Below are positions 62,446 through 64,000 of a DNA stretch of 64,000 bases, one piece after another (positions within the stretch are counted from its first letter, which is position 1; every line of letters starts with the position of its first letter). The notes below the pieces were generated by a model. That model did not search any database. It saw only the letters and a list, made by a program, of their open reading frames with translations, and was not told the origin of the DNA. The translations under genes were made by a program, and so were the position numbers. Source of the stretch: a phage; the sequence record PX393109.1; one strand, 5' to 3'.

Positions 62446-64000
62446 TTAACTAAAGTATGCGCGAACGTTCTTAACGAACGGACGGTTAACTGGGTTGGAT
62501 AGAGACAGGGTGATACGGATGCGGGTATTAGCCACATTTACTCCTGACAGTTTGTAAGGTACAGTGTACCACCCATCTCCCAGAGCGGTTCCGGTACTCC
62601 CTGACAAGGCTACCCATTCGCTATCCTTCTGGTACTGAACGGTTACGCTAGCACCAGATGGTACATACTGATCCAGGATGACGTTAAGAGTTACCGGAGT
62701 AATGTTACCGTTAGGGATACTGAACTGACGCTGGGTATATACCCCAGGAGTATCAGTAGTACCAGAACGGAAGATGACGCCACCGAAGACCTTCGGAGAT
62801 ACGGTAGGATCACCGGTATTAAACTCAGCCATCAGACTGAAAGTACCAGAGAAGTTCTCAGTATACGTTTCAGAGTTAACGTTGAGGTTAATGTTATCAG
62901 TACCGTTAGTGAGATAGAATCTCACGGAGGTATTTGCCGGAGTCTCAATATCAGCAGTAAGCGAAAGACTGTTGGTATTGCTAGCTACCGTTACAGAACC
63001 CAAGTTAACAGTGCGAGTAGAACTATAGTCAGCAGCATGGAGACGATACACCAAGTCTTCATCCTGAACTGGAGACCAGGTAGATTCGTTCGCAGAAGTC
63101 AGAAGAACACCCTGAGCTGGCTGATTCACTACATACTGCTGCTTATCGGGATCATATCCGTTTATCTTAGCTGTGGCTACCTTACCCTGATAGTTAGCCG
63201 TAGCAACTATGATGGCATACTCAGTACCACCAGTCACTGTTACTGGATAACGAAGATTGATCTTGTTCCACCCCAGTACACACTTATTAGCCGGAACTTC
63301 ACCGAAGCCATAAAGCTGAGTGGAGTTAGGGATACCTACCAAAGTAGGGACCAGTTTAATCTGGAGTGTGTTAGTAGGCAGCTCAGTCAGATAGATAGAT
63401 ACTGCGTTAATATCACGAGTAGCCTGGATAGTGAAGGTCTGAGCCACTGGATCGTAACCCCACGGAACAGCACCACCAGTCCAGTTCTGACCGTAGTCGA
63501 CTTTACCAGAGTTGTAGATGGTTACGGTACCGCGAGTAATAGCCTTAGTGGTCTTACCAGTAGCAACATACTGATACGTACCGTTAACCAAACCACCAGA
63601 CAGCATATGAGCATACTGTACAGCACCGTTATCATCCGCAGTCAAGGTAACCACTGGCAGGTTACGGAAAGTAAGATCAATCTGTTCGTTGGCAGCATAC
63701 CCAGATAGCTTAATCGTGATCGTAGTATCTACCGGCAGAAAGCCACCATGGAAGTACGACCAGAAGCTACGAGTATCGATCTTAGCTGGTGAAACAGAGA
63801 TCATCGCCTGAGGTACCTGACCAGACCCAGCATACGGGTTGATGCGGGTGTCCTTAGTACGGAATTCCTGAGACTGAATTACGGTATCAGTGAATGATAA
63901 CATAATACCATCAGGAGCCAGACTGGACTGCCGTGAGAAAGATGCTCCGATGAACAGCTGACCATCATCGATAATGGCGTTGTTGGTTAATCCAGCATCA
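62446..64000 (-). CDS. virion structural protein, tail-fiber/receptor-binding-like, 5' partial (frame stays open to window edge)
   Basis: Long Ser/Thr/Asn/Gly/Val-rich beta-type sequence; the in-frame reading upstream of the first Met (63903) has no stop to position 64000. Confidence 0.55.
   Translation of the reverse strand, partial: DAGLTNNAIIDDGQLFIGASFSRQSSLAPDGIMLSFTDTVIQSQEFRTKDTRINPYAGSGQVPQAMISVSPAKIDTRSFWSYFHGGFLPVDTTITIKLSGYAANEQIDLTFRNLPVVTLTADDNGAVQYAHMLSGGLVNGTYQYVATGKTTKAITRGTVTIYNSGKVDYGQNWTGGAVPWGYDPVAQTFTIQATRDINAVSIYLTELPTNTLQIKLVPTLVGIPNSTQLYGFGEVPANKCVLGWNKINLRYPVTVTGGTEYAIIVATANYQGKVATAKINGYDPDKQQYVVNQPAQGVLLTSANESTWSPVQDEDLVYRLHAADYSSTRTVNLGSVTVASNTNSLSLTADIETPANTSVRFYLTNGTDNINLNVNSETYTENFSGTFSLMAEFNTGDPTVSPKVFGGVIFRSGTTDTPGVYTQRQFSIPNGNITPVTLNVILDQYVPSGASVTVQYQKDSEWVALSGSTGTALGDGWYTVPYKLSGVNVANTRIRITLSLSNPVNRPFVKNVRAYFS

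Overview
This 64 kb window reads as a segment of a large virulent dsDNA phage, probably of a Gram-negative host (spanin-like lysis genes, roughly mid-40s % GC by eye). Coding is dense and almost entirely on the + strand up to ~60.5 kb; a convergent minus-strand lysis/structural block follows a bidirectional terminator. Recognisable + strand genes, all called from motifs read in the supplied translations (no database search was possible): flap endonuclease, a fused SbcD-SbcC (Mre11-Rad50) protein, two-subunit T4-type topoisomerase II, primase, DinG-like helicase, family A DNA polymerase, RNase H, PolX-family polymerase next to an NAD-dependent ligase, dUTPase, Dcd-like dCTP deaminase, DEDDh exonuclease, a NADAR/YbiA-family protein, and a multisubunit-type RNA polymerase beta-prime homolog split into two genes in inverted order. 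The most interesting region is 8.4-18 kb: a co-regulated cluster encoding a ThyA/gp42-superfamily pyrimidine hydroxymethylase-like enzyme, a P-loop nucleotide kinase, an HD 5'-deoxynucleotidase, a T4 beta-glucosyltransferase-like protein, a GT-A glycosyltransferase, a PIG-L/LmbE deacetylase, a SAM methyltransferase, a BCCT-family transporter and two unknowns. I interpret this as a candidate, possibly undescribed, DNA base hypermodification pathway (glycosylated hydroxymethyl-pyrimidine with further tailoring); this is inference, not demonstrated. A second, AT-rich island at 42.5-46.6 kb carries an acyl carrier protein, two DUF115/MptE-like proteins and two glycosyltransferases. Two families of conserved intergenic motifs (16 and 6 copies) sit upstream of genes and share a YTCTTTTNGGG core. 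Most small ORFs have no assignable function.
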